A program made the translations under genes and the position numbers. From assembly GCA_048884965.1 (NCBI GenBank), contig JBHLQH010000001.1, positions 192,001 to 256,000 on the forward strand: a stretch of DNA of 64,000 nucleotides. Direction: 5' to 3'. Positions 10,409-21,445 of this stretch are shown piece by piece. Position 1 is the first letter of the stretch, and every line of letters starts with the position of its first letter. The notes beneath the pieces were generated by a model, which did not search any database, had not been told where the DNA came from, and saw only the letters and a program-made list of their open reading frames with translations. This DNA comes from Candidatus Thorarchaeota archaeon (lineage in GTDB: Archaea > Asgardarchaeota > Thorarchaeia > Thorarchaeales > Thorarchaeaceae).

Positions 10409-10652
10409 CTGAGAAGGTCATGCCATTTACTTCAACGGGATTCTCCTCATTTCCCAGAGGAGCGACTGCTGGGGGGAGTGGTGTGGGTTTTTCTTCACTC
10501 TTTGGCTCGAATATTATTAGAGGTACCAATACAACCAGAATTGTACAGATTCCTGCGACCAATAACAGCAATCTACGATCCATCTTCCCACCTCTTAATG
10601 CATTCTCTATTAGCGACATATAATCTCGCTTTTGCACGCGAATTCCCTGCAT
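10401..10652 (-). CDS. Small single-TM protein (true start probably MDRRLLLL)
   Basis: GAGGTG SD before MDRR; TM followed by a Pro-rich linker. Confidence 0.4.
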   Translation of the reverse strand: MQGIRVQKRDYMSLIENALRGGKMDRRLLLLVAGICTILVVLVPLIIFEPKSEEKPTPLPPAVAPLGNEENPVEVNGMTFSAT

Positions 10653-10739
10653 TTTCTGGAAATACTCTTCTTCAGCTATTGTGTTTGGTGAAAAGTATGT
10701 CTGTACGAAAGGAATAATATATACAAAACTGAGAAGAGC

Positions 10740-13619
10740 ATGCCCAGTGATTTTGGAGAGAGCGACACAGTGACCGAAGAATACGAATGGTTCCGGCGGA
10801 CACCAGAAGAAACTCTGGAGCGACTCAACTCATCTGAAAACGGTCTAAGTAGCGAAGAAGCCAATCAACGGCTTTTCGAATATGGTCCGAATGAACTTGA
10901 AGAAGCTGACCGAATAAGCCCATTCAGGATGTTCCTTGAGCAGTTCGCAAATCCCATGGTCATCATTCTTCTGTTTGCGATCATAATCTCTGTAGCAACT
11001 GTTATGTTACATGGCAGTCATGAGGAGGAGGGATTCATAGATGCATTCGTCATTTCAGCTATCGTTCTTATCAATGCTATTTTTGGATTCGTACAGGAGT
11101 ATCGATCTGAACAAGCATTGGAAGCATTGAAGGATCTCTCTGCTCCCATGGCCATAGTAAAACGAGATGGCGAATGGATCGAAATCGAAGCACGAAATCT
11201 TGTTCCAGGTGATATTGTGTCTCTTGAAGCAGGTGATATCGTTCCAGCTGATGCTCGTTTGCTCACCTCCTCAGGATTAGCAACCGACGAGGCTGCTCTT
11301 ACAGGGGAATCCCTAGCAGTACATAAGAGAGTGAAAGAAATCTCATCCGAGCGACCTGCATTGGGTGATATGCTCAATCTAGTATTTCAGGGATCAATAG
11401 TGAGTGCCGGCAAAGGTACTGCTGTTATTACATCAACGGGCATGAAGACCGAATTCGGGAAAATCGCTCAACTGGTACAACAGAGTGAACAGGAGTTGAC
11501 CCCTCTTCAGATTGACTTGGAAGACTTGGGCAAAAAGCTTGGAGGCATTGTCCTATTCTTATCCATTATTGTATTCGCGGCATTGGTGTTTGTCAACACC
11601 TCCTATGATTGGACTGAAGCTCTTTTCGTGGCGATAGCTGTCGCGGTTGCAGCAATCCCTGAGGGACTTCCAGCAGTAGTGACAGTCACTCTTGCAATTG
11701 GAGTCAGTCGGATGGTCAAGAAGAATGCCATTGTACGTAGGTTGCCTAGCGTTGAATCATTGGGATCAACGACTGTGATATGTTCAGACAAGACTGGTAC
11801 GATTACCAAGAATGAGATGACGGTTCGTCATGTCTACTTGCCTTCCGCAAGGGTCGCGATTTCTGGTATTGGATATTCTATGAACGGCCAAATGTTCTAT
11901 GCTTCCGAGTATGCCACATGTGTTGACCCTCCAGAAACCGTGAGCCCCTTCAATGTTGCTGAGAGTGAAGAGATGCTGATGCTACTCAAGGCTGGTCAGA
12001 TTTGCTCCACAACAAAGTTGGCACCAGATCCTGAGAATCCTTCTAATTGGAAGATACTAGGTGACCCGACTGAAGGAGCACTTTTGGTCCTTGCAGAGAA
12101 AGGCGGACTGAGATATGATGAAACAGCATCCGAATTCGAGGAACTTGCAGAGTTCTCATTTGATTCTACGCGAAAACGAATGACGACTATAGTGAGGGAT
12201 AGGTCAGACGGATTGTGGGCCTTCGTTAAGGGTGCCCCTGAGGTGATACTTGAGAAATCAAGTAAGGTCATTGTAGGTGCTGATGAGGTGGAATTGTCTG
12301 AGGATAGAAGTGATGACATCCGAAAGGCGAACATCACTATGGCTAGCTGTGCTATGAGAGTTCTTGGCTTGGCGTACAAGAGGCTGGAGCCTCAATCTGC
12401 TGATTGGGTCGAGGATGAGGTCGAAGTTGATTTGGTCTTCTTGGGGCTAACCGGTATGATAGACTCCCCACGAGAGGGAGTTGTTGATGCAATTGCTAAG
12501 TGCCGAAGAGCTGGCATTCGTCCAATCATGATAACTGGCGACCACGCGCTTACTGCGTTGTCTATTGCGAGAAGTGTGGGCTTGACAAAGACAACATTTG
12601 AAGCCGTGACTGGTGCAGAACTCAGTGAGATGACTGACGAGGAACTTGATGTCATTGTTAGGGAGAGGGATGTCTTCGCTCGCGTAGCACCAGAACACAA
12701 GCTTAGAATTGTACAAGCACTCAAACGGCAGAATCAAGTCGTTGCAATGACAGGTGATGGTGTTAATGATGCTCCCGCCATAAAGACCGCGGATGTAGGT
12801 ATCTCAATGGGTATTCGAGGCGCTGGAGTGACGAAGGAGGCGTCCGATCTCGTTCTCACCGATGATAACTTTTCTACCATCGTTTCTGCGATTGAAGTTG
12901 GTAGAGAAATATACGCGAACATTCGAAAGTTCGTAAGATTTCTCCTTTCTGCCAATGCAGGGGAGGTGCTTCTGGTCTTCCTTATGGCAATGATAGGTCT
13001 ACCAATTCCCCTGACACCAGTCGAGATTCTCTGGATCAATTTAGTGACAGACGGACCTCCAGCTCTTGCCCTTGGTTTTGATCCTCCTCCAAAGGGGATC
13101 ATGGACCGTTGTCCTAGGAAACCGGGAAGCAGAATGCTGGACAAAGGAATGGTTCGCATAATTCTTGTAGGTGGATTATTGGCTACGTTTGCGGCGAGCT
13201 TTGTCTATCTATTTACACTGTGGTTCAGTATTGGGTATATCCCTGGGATCACTGGCCCTCCTGCAAACTGGCTCCTACCACAATATGCAGATGCACTAAA
13301 GGTATCTCAAACTGCTACCTTCACAACAATGGTGGTTTTCCAGCTTCTATGGGTATGGAACTGCAGAGACGAGTGGAACCCCGTTTGGCGTACCAATATC
13401 CGAGAATCCCGTAGTCTCATAGTTGCTGTTGCTTTCTCATTTGTACTTACTTTAATGGTACTCTACACTCCACTATCTATCGCATTTGGCACCGTACCTC
13501 TTGGATTAGATCTATGGATTCTGATAGTTATTCTTAGCTTGGTTGGTCTATTAGCTCCAGTATACAAGCTGTTAGGCCATACTGAGGAGGAAACATGTAA
13601 AGAAGACGATACTGACTAA
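10740..13619 (+). CDS. P-type ATPase, type IIA (SERCA/PMR1-like Ca2+ pump)
   Basis: TGES, PEGL, DKTGT, KGAPE, TGD, GDGVND, TM5 SANAGE, TM6 LWINLVTDG. Confidence 0.93.
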   Translation: MPSDFGESDTVTEEYEWFRRTPEETLERLNSSENGLSSEEANQRLFEYGPNELEEADRISPFRMFLEQFANPMVIILLFAIIISVATVMLHGSHEEEGFIDAFVISAIVLINAIFGFVQEYRSEQALEALKDLSAPMAIVKRDGEWIEIEARNLVPGDIVSLEAGDIVPADARLLTSSGLATDEAALTGESLAVHKRVKEISSERPALGDMLNLVFQGSIVSAGKGTAVITSTGMKTEFGKIAQLVQQSEQELTPLQIDLEDLGKKLGGIVLFLSIIVFAALVFVNTSYDWTEALFVAIAVAVAAIPEGLPAVVTVTLAIGVSRMVKKNAIVRRLPSVESLGSTTVICSDKTGTITKNEMTVRHVYLPSARVAISGIGYSMNGQMFYASEYATCVDPPETVSPFNVAESEEMLMLLKAGQICSTTKLAPDPENPSNWKILGDPTEGALLVLAEKGGLRYDETASEFEELAEFSFDSTRKRMTTIVRDRSDGLWAFVKGAPEVILEKSSKVIVGADEVELSEDRSDDIRKANITMASCAMRVLGLAYKRLEPQSADWVEDEVEVDLVFLGLTGMIDSPREGVVDAIAKCRRAGIRPIMITGDHALTALSIARSVGLTKTTFEAVTGAELSEMTDEELDVIVRERDVFARVAPEHKLRIVQALKRQNQVVAMTGDGVNDAPAIKTADVGISMGIRGAGVTKEASDLVLTDDNFSTIVSAIEVGREIYANIRKFVRFLLSANAGEVLLVFLMAMIGLPIPLTPVEILWINLVTDGPPALALGFDPPPKGIMDRCPRKPGSRMLDKGMVRIILVGGLLATFAASFVYLFTLWFSIGYIPGITGPPANWLLPQYADALKVSQTATFTTMVVFQLLWVWNCRDEWNPVWRTNIRESRSLIVAVAFSFVLTLMVLYTPLSIAFGTVPLGLDLWILIVILSLVGLLAPVYKLLGHTEEETCKEDDTD

Positions 13620-13662
13620 AGAAAGTAGCAGCATTCTCTCCTGTTGACATCGACTCCTTTAA

Positions 13663-15090
13663 GTGAGAGCGCATACAAGGAGGTTTGCTATTACAATCCG
13701 TTATGAGGCTTCATTTGTGAGGGTTAAGGAAGTCGTGGCGCTTGCGCTGATACTTGCTTGTAGCTGTTGCATACCCCCATTGGAAACCATAGCGATGTCT
13801 CTCGAAGACTCTGTGAGTGAGTTTCCATATGTAGAGGAGTTTAGAGGCGGAAAGAAATTCGCATTCATGCTGTGCTGGGATGATGGTAATTATGACTTAG
13901 AATTCTCTCTCATGGAGGATGAGATTGGAATCAAGCATACGTCATTTGTGGTCACTTCTCGTGTATATGATAAAGTATTGTGGGGACTGGATATGCTCTT
14001 TCGTGGACATGATATTCAGTCTCACTCCCAAGTTCATTTGAATCACAAGAGTCTCGAGAATTCATATCAGGAATATCTGTTGGAACAGAGCAAACTAGAC
14101 ATAAAATCCCTCTTCGGATATTCGCCAATTCTTTTTGCATATCCATACGGAGCAAGTGATTCCTATTTGAGAAGTCATGTGCTTGATTACTACCGAGTAG
14201 CTCGAGGAATCGTTTTTGAGAAGGACAAGGAGATTGGACAATGGCCAATCCAAATCCTTGAGAATGCGAAGCACACATTTCCTGATGCCGATGGACTTAC
14301 TGGTGAGAATCTTCATGAGCTGTTGCCCTCCTTTGGTCAGATGATTGCCAACTATGAAAAGAAGTCTCTTGCGTACAAAGCATATGGTCACACCAAGAGT
14401 TTCACAGATGAGCAAATCACTGATCTACGAACTGCGTTATCCACGATTGCGAATCGAACAGACACATGGATCACCACATGGGGTGAAGCAGTGGCCTACC
14501 AGATTCAGAGGGATAGCTCGAATATCTATGACTATCGGATGGGTGAGGACTTCGTTTCCTTTAATATTCGTGTACCTGAGCAGGACAATTTCGGGATTCC
14601 TCTTACTTATCGCATTGAGATTCCTGAGCAATGGGAATACTTCACCGTTCTTGATGGTGGGAAGATATCAGATAGATTTTCCTTCCATAATGATGCAAAG
14701 GGCAGGTATATCCTTCTTGATGCCGTTCCAAATAATCAAAGGATTACTGTTGAAGCTTTCTCCTATCATGATACCCTCAAGCCAATAATCCGAAATCTTA
14801 GAACAATCGTCACTACCGAAGGAGTCGCGTTTCTCGCAGATGTCAGTGATGCTGGTAGCCTGATATCTAATGTGAATATCACTGTTAGTGGCAATGGATC
14901 TATCTATGAATTCACTAATGTTCGCAATCCTCTTTTTTGGTCCAATTCCACATATGGACGAGTGTTGTTTGGTATTATCAAGGGATGCTATCAGTTCAAA
15001 GTCACTGCTCGTGATGCTTCTGGGAATATCGTGGTTCTTGCCTATAACTTCAATCTTGAGCCCACGCACAGATTAGACATGCCCTCATGA
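13663..15090 (+). CDS. Secreted polysaccharide deacetylase (NodB/CE4) family protein with C-terminal beta domains; start probably GTG 13717
   Basis: WDDG, GHDIQSHSQVH, FAYPYG motifs; signal-like N-terminus. Confidence 0.8.
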   Translation: MRAHTRRFAITIRYEASFVRVKEVVALALILACSCCIPPLETIAMSLEDSVSEFPYVEEFRGGKKFAFMLCWDDGNYDLEFSLMEDEIGIKHTSFVVTSRVYDKVLWGLDMLFRGHDIQSHSQVHLNHKSLENSYQEYLLEQSKLDIKSLFGYSPILFAYPYGASDSYLRSHVLDYYRVARGIVFEKDKEIGQWPIQILENAKHTFPDADGLTGENLHELLPSFGQMIANYEKKSLAYKAYGHTKSFTDEQITDLRTALSTIANRTDTWITTWGEAVAYQIQRDSSNIYDYRMGEDFVSFNIRVPEQDNFGIPLTYRIEIPEQWEYFTVLDGGKISDRFSFHNDAKGRYILLDAVPNNQRITVEAFSYHDTLKPIIRNLRTIVTTEGVAFLADVSDAGSLISNVNITVSGNGSIYEFTNVRNPLFWSNSTYGRVLFGIIKGCYQFKVTARDASGNIVVLAYNFNLEPTHRLDMPS

Positions 15091-15224
15091 AAATCAGTTG
15101 TAAAGTAATCCTTAAGAGGAGCGGTTTTTGGGTTCGGTATCAATCACACCGGAAACTAGGTCATGCATTATGCAAATTCTATGACTGAACCTGACCTGGT
15201 AAAACTGGATGGTGAAAATACAAA

Positions 15225-17591
15225 ATGCAGTTACTCGAGACATTCATTGGCATGGAACTGATTGAGCAAGTGATGATGATTGTGGTCATCCTTGCAGCAA
15301 TTACAAGTCTCGTGTATGCCTGGTGGCTCAGAAAAGGGGTACTTCAATTACCCAAGGGTACTGAGCAGATGCAGAAAGTATGGAATGGAATTAGGGAAGG
15401 TGCTCTATCCTATCTGGATAGACAGCTAAAAACAATCCTACCAATTCTCGCAGTTCTTTCCATCCTTCTCTTCTTTACGGTTTACATCACACACCCTGAA
15501 CGAGGAACACTTGAACTGTTCGGCGACACTCCTGAGGGGATTGCCACAGCACAAGTTGTCGTTGGTATTGGACGTTCAATAGCATTCATCCTTGGCGCCA
15601 GCTTCTCTTTGATGGTTGGTCAACTGGGAATGAGAATTGCTGTCGAGTCTAATATTAGGGTGGCACAGGCTACACGTGAAGGCGAAAACAGGTACAATCG
15701 CGCACTTACAATCTCTTACCGTGGTGGTACCTTTACTGGGATGCTGACTGATGGATTAGGACTAATGGGCGGCACTGTCATCTTTATCATCTATGGAATT
15801 GCAGCACCTGACGCTCTGCTTGGCTTTGGTCTTGGTGGCACTCTTCTTGCTCTCTTCATGAGAGTTGGAGGAGGTATCTACACTAAGGCGGCAGATGTTG
15901 GTGCAGACCTAGTTGGGAAAGTTGAGCAGGGACTTCCAGAAGATGATCCAAGAAATGCTGCAGTGATAGCTGATCTAGTTGGTGACAATGTGGGTGACTG
16001 TGCCGGAATGGCTGCAGATATCTTCGAGTCATATGAGGTCACAATAGTATCTGCACTGATCTTGGCAATAGTTCTCTATTTGGACAATCCCACTTTGCTG
16101 GTATTCCCATTTGCTGTTGTCGTATTCCCACTATTCATCCGTGCGATCGGTGTAATTTCATCTATGGTTGGAACCTTCATGGTCCCCGTATGGCCAAGAC
16201 TGTTGAAGAAATCTGCAGTATATGCTGAAAAGGCAATGTTCCTCTCTTATGAGGCATCCAGCATTTTCACCATTATCCTGAGTATGTTGTTGTCATGGTT
16301 CTATGTTGGCGACCTACGATTCGGAATTCTCATCGCAGTTGGTGTCATGCTTGCGGTGTCATTCAATCCAATCACTAGTTACTTCACCTCTTTGAAGAAG
16401 CCCCCGGTTCGAGAGATTGTAGAATCTGCTGACACTGGGTATGCTACCTTCATTCTATCAGGCCTAGTTGCAGGGTATGAGTCTGCAGTTGCAGCAGTAG
16501 TTGTGATTGTCATTTCATTTGGCATTGCGGCTGTTTTGTTCATGGCTCCAATTGCGGCAGCTGTTACCTTCTTCATCACTGACATCCATGGAACTCTATG
16601 GACTCTCTATGGTATTGCATTGATCGGTATTGGTATGCTCTCACACACTGGCAACAACGTTGCTATGGACTCATATGGTCCAATTAGTGACAACGCTGCT
16701 GGAATTGGCGAGCTCTCACCTGGCGATTTTGATGCGACATCGATGAAGACGATGGCTGAGCTTGATGCTGTTGGTAACACCACAAAGGCAATCACTAAAG
16801 GTGTAGCAATTGCATCTGCAGTTATTGCTGCAGTAAGTCTCTTTGACAGCTATGTTGTTGTTGCTGGTCTTGATCACATCCTACTGGATGATCCCCTAGT
16901 CTTTGCTGGATTACTCTTGGGTGCCGCACTCCCATGGCTCTTCTCCGCCTTTAACATTAAGGCTGTCACGAGAGCAGCTGGTGAGATGGTCCAAGAAGTC
17001 CGAAGACAATTCAAGATTCCTGGAATTCTCGAAGGCACTAAGAAACCCGATTATGACCGCGCAGTTGATATTTCAACAACTGCAGCTCAGAAAGAGCTGA
17101 TTTCTCTGGCTGCATTGACTGTATCCGTACCAATTATCATCGGTATCCTATTCGGTGTTGGTGCACTGGGTGGATTCTTGGGTGGTATCATTGTATCTGG
17201 ACAGTTGCTTGCTGTGTTCATGTCGAACGCAGGAGGAGCTTGGGATAACGCTAAGAAGTCAATCGAAGACGAACCTTGTAGTATTGAGAATAACACCGGC
17301 AAAGGTTCTGAGCGCCATAAATGCGGCGTTGTAGGTGATACTATCGGTGATCCGCTGAAGGACACTGCAGGACCCGCACTCAATCCTATGATCAAGGTTG
17401 TCAACCTACTCAGCCTTATACTCGCTCCATTGCTTGTGCAATTCCAGATTGGTTCAACACCTGAAGTCACTGCTATTCTGTTAGTAGTTCTATTCATACT
17501 CTTCATGGTAACCATCTGGTCTATCCGCAAGAGCTCGAAACCTGCTGACTTTAGCGCTCCACCAGAGATTCTAGCTGAAGCAACTAACTAA
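15225..17591 (+). CDS. hppA: Membrane-bound H+-translocating pyrophosphatase, K+-independent type
   Basis: GGGIYTKAADVGADLVGKVE, DNVGDCAGMAAD, GNTTKA (Lys marks the K+-independent type), GDPLKDT. Confidence 0.95.
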   Translation: MQLLETFIGMELIEQVMMIVVILAAITSLVYAWWLRKGVLQLPKGTEQMQKVWNGIREGALSYLDRQLKTILPILAVLSILLFFTVYITHPERGTLELFGDTPEGIATAQVVVGIGRSIAFILGASFSLMVGQLGMRIAVESNIRVAQATREGENRYNRALTISYRGGTFTGMLTDGLGLMGGTVIFIIYGIAAPDALLGFGLGGTLLALFMRVGGGIYTKAADVGADLVGKVEQGLPEDDPRNAAVIADLVGDNVGDCAGMAADIFESYEVTIVSALILAIVLYLDNPTLLVFPFAVVVFPLFIRAIGVISSMVGTFMVPVWPRLLKKSAVYAEKAMFLSYEASSIFTIILSMLLSWFYVGDLRFGILIAVGVMLAVSFNPITSYFTSLKKPPVREIVESADTGYATFILSGLVAGYESAVAAVVVIVISFGIAAVLFMAPIAAAVTFFITDIHGTLWTLYGIALIGIGMLSHTGNNVAMDSYGPISDNAAGIGELSPGDFDATSMKTMAELDAVGNTTKAITKGVAIASAVIAAVSLFDSYVVVAGLDHILLDDPLVFAGLLLGAALPWLFSAFNIKAVTRAAGEMVQEVRRQFKIPGILEGTKKPDYDRAVDISTTAAQKELISLAALTVSVPIIIGILFGVGALGGFLGGIIVSGQLLAVFMSNAGGAWDNAKKSIEDEPCSIENNTGKGSERHKCGVVGDTIGDPLKDTAGPALNPMIKVVNLLSLILAPLLVQFQIGSTPEVTAILLVVLFILFMVTIWSIRKSSKPADFSAPPEILAEATN

Positions 17592-17594
17592 ACA

Positions 17595-17633
17595 AAGAAG
17601 GTGGCAATTTGCCACCCTCTTCTCTTCTTTTTC
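17595..17633 (+). terminator. Hairpin plus pyrimidine tract after hppA
   Basis: AAGAAGGTGGC-AATTT-GCCACCCTCTT followed by CTCTTCTTTTT. Confidence 0.7.
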
Positions 17634-17713
17634 ACAGATTCTTGTTGTCAAAGGATTAATTAGGTCATTTGTTCTATCGTTGCGAGAATCTCAAGCTTGC
17701 TTTGAGAAGGAGA

Positions 17714-17756
17714 TAGGTAGTGTCCGTTTTAGAGGAGACGGATGTGTGGTATTCGC
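17714..17756. repeat. Dispersed ~43-bp repeat, copy A
   Basis: TAGGTAGTGTCCGTTTTAGAGGAGACGGATGTGTGGTATTCGC aligns with copies at 24709, 25145, 25565. Confidence 0.65.
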
Positions 17757-17853
17757 ATTTTTTTCCTTTACTCACCTTAGTGATGACCTTATTTGCTGAT
17801 CATCCTATCAAGTAGTCCATGAAATCGAATAAGTCATATTCCTAAACTATCAA

Positions 17854-19008
17854 TCATGAGCTATCGATGTATCGTAATACTTCCTCAAGGAAATCAACTG
17901 TATTATCCAATATCTCTGGATCCAGTCTATCAATGGTATCAGCTGCAGTATGTACAACCTCACGTACTTCTTCCTTGTATCTCCAAATAGTGATGGCATC
18001 CAAACCATTCTTAGAGAAGACATAGCCATCAGTCGTTGTGCTTTGACGCATTGGCTCTACAACGCCTATGGTCTGCTTTGCAACATCTTTCAGAACCTTC
18101 GTAAGCATCTCAGAGGATTTTGCAGTCATTATTGACATCTCCTTTGTAGAGTATGTTATTGGTCCCTCTGTTCCTCCTCCTTCAAGGTTGAGAACCCAAG
18201 CTCCATCGAGTTGTGATTTATACTTCTTAACGAAGGCATGAGCTCCTTTCATAGCAATCTCCTCTCCATCCGTGAAAAGGAACCAAACCTCTGTTTTCCA
18301 AAGCGGATTGCTCTTGATAGCCTTGGCCAATTCCAATGACAGTCCTACTGCAGCAGCATTATCTTCTGCGCCTGGACTTGGTTCGACGAATCTGGTCAAA
18401 ATATTGAGGAATAGATAGAACGAGTGGTAAAGAACCATAATTAGAATTCCAATATATATCAGGTCTTCAAAAAATGCATACTCTGGGAGAACAAACAAAG
18501 TAATCAGATGAAGAAACGAACCTGCCATTAAATAGATCATAGAGATAAATAGGATTACGATCACAGTCCCTCTAAGTTTGATTGGAATTGCTTGTGTCTT
18601 ACTATCATGATGTGCACATATGATTACTCTATGTATTGGTGAGGCCACAGGCTCTTCTTTTCCAATCACATTCCTTCCGACAGCTGAGGGAAAGAGGCGC
18701 AGTGCGATCTCTCTTCCTTTATCTATTTCAAATATCACTAAGAGGGGGAATATTACTGATAGAAGGAATGAAGGCACCGGGTAGGCATAGTATGTAAGGT
18801 AGATCGCAAGTGCAAATAGAACACCCAAAAGTGCTGTTCCAGTCCAGAAGTAGGGGCGTAGCTTGAATTCCTGTAGTTCAGCATCTATCGCCAAATGCTC
18901 GAGCTGGTTCAGTATGTATTCTGCACCTATCCTACAGTTTTCAGATCCAGATGGACGAGGTCCTATATCTATGGATAGGACTCTTACATGACCATACGCT
19001 CCCATCAA
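17854..19008 (-). CDS. M28-family metallopeptidase with TM inserts
   Basis: GPRPSGS, CAHHDS, PGAEDNA, DGEE, LNLE, TDG, HTAADT. Confidence 0.88.
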   Translation of the reverse strand: MMGAYGHVRVLSIDIGPRPSGSENCRIGAEYILNQLEHLAIDAELQEFKLRPYFWTGTALLGVLFALAIYLTYYAYPVPSFLLSVIFPLLVIFEIDKGREIALRLFPSAVGRNVIGKEEPVASPIHRVIICAHHDSKTQAIPIKLRGTVIVILFISMIYLMAGSFLHLITLFVLPEYAFFEDLIYIGILIMVLYHSFYLFLNILTRFVEPSPGAEDNAAAVGLSLELAKAIKSNPLWKTEVWFLFTDGEEIAMKGAHAFVKKYKSQLDGAWVLNLEGGGTEGPITYSTKEMSIMTAKSSEMLTKVLKDVAKQTIGVVEPMRQSTTTDGYVFSKNGLDAITIWRYKEEVREVVHTAADTIDRLDPEILDNTVDFLEEVLRYIDSS

Positions 19009-19098
19009 GTCTACATCCTACTCAGGACTTACCTAGTATTTTTATCTTGGATATTTAACTGCTGTTGCCCCCTATAATGGTATTCCGAGGGAACAAGG

Positions 19099-20343
19099 AT
19101 GGAAGTTACGAGTGCAACTGACTTTGAATATCGACCCAAGTTATTCAAAGGTCTCTATGGGTTCTATTACGCTACAGAAGGTTTCGCTACGACAGGTATA
19201 CTGATGTTCCTACCTCTGTATTTGAGGGATATCATACTATTTGATGAGCTACTAGTCGGTTTGATTCTTGCACTTGGCGCCATACCCGGTTACCTGAAGG
19301 TTTTCTATGGATTCGCCTCTGATTCGATGCCAATAGGAAGATTCGGGCATCGTCGCTCCTATGTCCTAATCTCCATACCATTGATCATTGGCGGGTGGAT
19401 ACTTCTTCCTCTAGCTACTGAAGCTATCCTTTTCATAGCAATCATTTTCATCACGACACTTGGATTCTACCTTGGCGATGTTGCTGTCGATGGGTGGGCT
19501 GTTGATGTAACTCCTGAATCCGAACGAGGATCGATGATGGGGTTGGGCTGGGGCGCACAAGGAATTGCCTCTGTCATTGGTGTACTAGTAACAACTTTGA
19601 TGGCTCCAATATACGGATATGCTACGGCATTCATCACTCTTGGTATCATCGCTGGAATTGGCAACCTGGTATGGTTCCTAGTCGCAAAGGAAAAACCAGT
19701 TGCTGAACCGCGTCACTACTCAAAGACCTTCAATGAACTTGTCTCCGAGCTTCGGCATTCCTATCTTTGGCTTGCATTTCTAGCGTTCATTGGTGGAGGA
19801 TTCATCTTTGGAGTCGGAACGAATTTCATCACGCTTTTCTACGAAGATGTCGTTGGAGTAGATTCCACTGGCGCTGGAATTTTCGTTCTGGTATGGTCTG
19901 CTTTCTTCTTTGTAGGAGGAATTATTGGCGGATTCTCATACGATCGATTCAAAGACTATCGAACTGGAGTATATGTAATCGCTCCAATCTATGCGATCTC
20001 ACTTGTCTTGATGGGATTGAATTCAACTGGGAATATGGGACTCGCATATGCTACGACTATCTTGTTTGGACTAGGGAGTGGGATGACTACGGCCGCGATA
20101 ATGGGATTCGCCATGCATATCACACCTCCCGCTATTGCCGGTACTACCTTCGCGATTCTTACGTCTCTTGTGAATCTAGGTCAAAGTGGCATCGGAAATG
20201 TCTTCCTTGGATTTATGGTTCCTCAATTTGGCTATGTCATTCCATTCATCATAGGTGCCATTGTGGCAATTCCAGTGATTCTCTTAGCCAAGTTCATAAT
20301 ACCACCATGGAAGAAGGAGCAGCTCCAAGAACCTGTGAGCTAA
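19099..20343 (+). CDS. MFS transporter (AmpG/BT1-like)
   Basis: 12 TMs; GFASD..GRFGHRRSY; DVAVDGWAVD. Confidence 0.88.
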   Translation: MEVTSATDFEYRPKLFKGLYGFYYATEGFATTGILMFLPLYLRDIILFDELLVGLILALGAIPGYLKVFYGFASDSMPIGRFGHRRSYVLISIPLIIGGWILLPLATEAILFIAIIFITTLGFYLGDVAVDGWAVDVTPESERGSMMGLGWGAQGIASVIGVLVTTLMAPIYGYATAFITLGIIAGIGNLVWFLVAKEKPVAEPRHYSKTFNELVSELRHSYLWLAFLAFIGGGFIFGVGTNFITLFYEDVVGVDSTGAGIFVLVWSAFFFVGGIIGGFSYDRFKDYRTGVYVIAPIYAISLVLMGLNSTGNMGLAYATTILFGLGSGMTTAAIMGFAMHITPPAIAGTTFAILTSLVNLGQSGIGNVFLGFMVPQFGYVIPFIIGAIVAIPVILLAKFIIPPWKKEQLQEPVS

Positions 20344-20374
20344 TCTCTCTCCTTCTTCTTGGATTTGTCACCTA

Positions 20375-21445
20375 TTAAGAGAAGAATCGGTGGAATGATT
20401 TCGGTAGTTTGGTGTAATCACCATGCTGCCTCGCGATGGGTGATAGGTCAACTGAATTATAGGTATTCCAGAAGAGGATTGGTTCGTCTTCCAGAGATCC
20501 TGACTTCACATCATCGACCATACATGCGAAAGCCTTTGCTGTATAAGTAGTTTCCAGCTCTATTCCTTCAGTTACCTTTAAGACTCTAAGTCCATCCGTC
20601 CCTTTTTCTGTTACTGATCCATAGCAGGGTCCAGCATACTCATGATTGATGATTACGTCCTTAGGTGTCACAGAGATTATAGGGATTTCATCAGAGAAGG
20701 AAGCTAGATATCGAGCAGTCTGATTGATCATATTGGATGTCTTCTTCTCGTTGGTCATACCTATATCTGTGACTCGGACTCCAACAAGCTCAGTATCAAG
20801 ATTTGCAAACTTCAGACCCAGATACAATCCCGTGAAAGTTCCCATCGACCCTAATGCTACATATATCCGCCTGGGTGTTGGCGTTACTCCTTCCTCTATC
20901 TGCCTGGCGAGTTCCAATGCTGCATCAATGAATCCCAAATTACCGAGCTCTGAGGATCCCCCGGGACCAAGAAAATAGACTCCCCTCTTTGTCAGAAGTT
21001 GCCATAAACCCTTTACGACTGCTCCCAGTGTATTCTTCGCATATGTTATCTTGGCCTCGTAGTGATCGAATAACATGAGTTGGTTTTGAACGTGAGGTGT
21101 TACTGGCTGATCGATTAATGCGAGTACGGCCTTCAGTCCCTTCTCTCGACCATATATTGCTGTAGCAAGTCCATGGTTCGTTCCTAATCCTCCAAAGGTA
21201 AGAATCCATCTCTTTTTCCGCTTCAAAGCATCTCCAAGAACGAATTCAAGCTTCCTTACCTTATTGCCACCGTATAGCTCTCCTGAGAGATCATCCCTTT
21301 TGATCCAAAGACTTTGGTGTCCTAACGAAGATTCTAGTTCAGTCATCTCTTGGATTGGGGTCGGAAAAGTACCAAGTGACGTCCAAGGTATTGCATCCTC
21401 AAGTGAAGGATACCAATCAAAGAGGACAGGTTTTTTGCGAGTCAT
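20375..21445 (-). CDS. PLP-dependent D-cysteine desulfhydrase/ACC deaminase family enzyme
   Basis: PTPI, IKRDDL, GGNKVRKLE, TNHG, LETTYTAK. Confidence 0.88.
   Translation of the reverse strand: MTRKKPVLFDWYPSLEDAIPWTSLGTFPTPIQEMTELESSLGHQSLWIKRDDLSGELYGGNKVRKLEFVLGDALKRKKRWILTFGGLGTNHGLATAIYGREKGLKAVLALIDQPVTPHVQNQLMLFDHYEAKITYAKNTLGAVVKGLWQLLTKRGVYFLGPGGSSELGNLGFIDAALELARQIEEGVTPTPRRIYVALGSMGTFTGLYLGLKFANLDTELVGVRVTDIGMTNEKKTSNMINQTARYLASFSDEIPIISVTPKDVIINHEYAGPCYGSVTEKGTDGLRVLKVTEGIELETTYTAKAFACMVDDVKSGSLEDEPILFWNTYNSVDLSPIARQHGDYTKLPKSFHRFFS

Noticed and set aside
17779-17825. Possible C/D box sRNA (GTGATGA...CTGA)
   Set aside because: No convincing C' box or terminal D box
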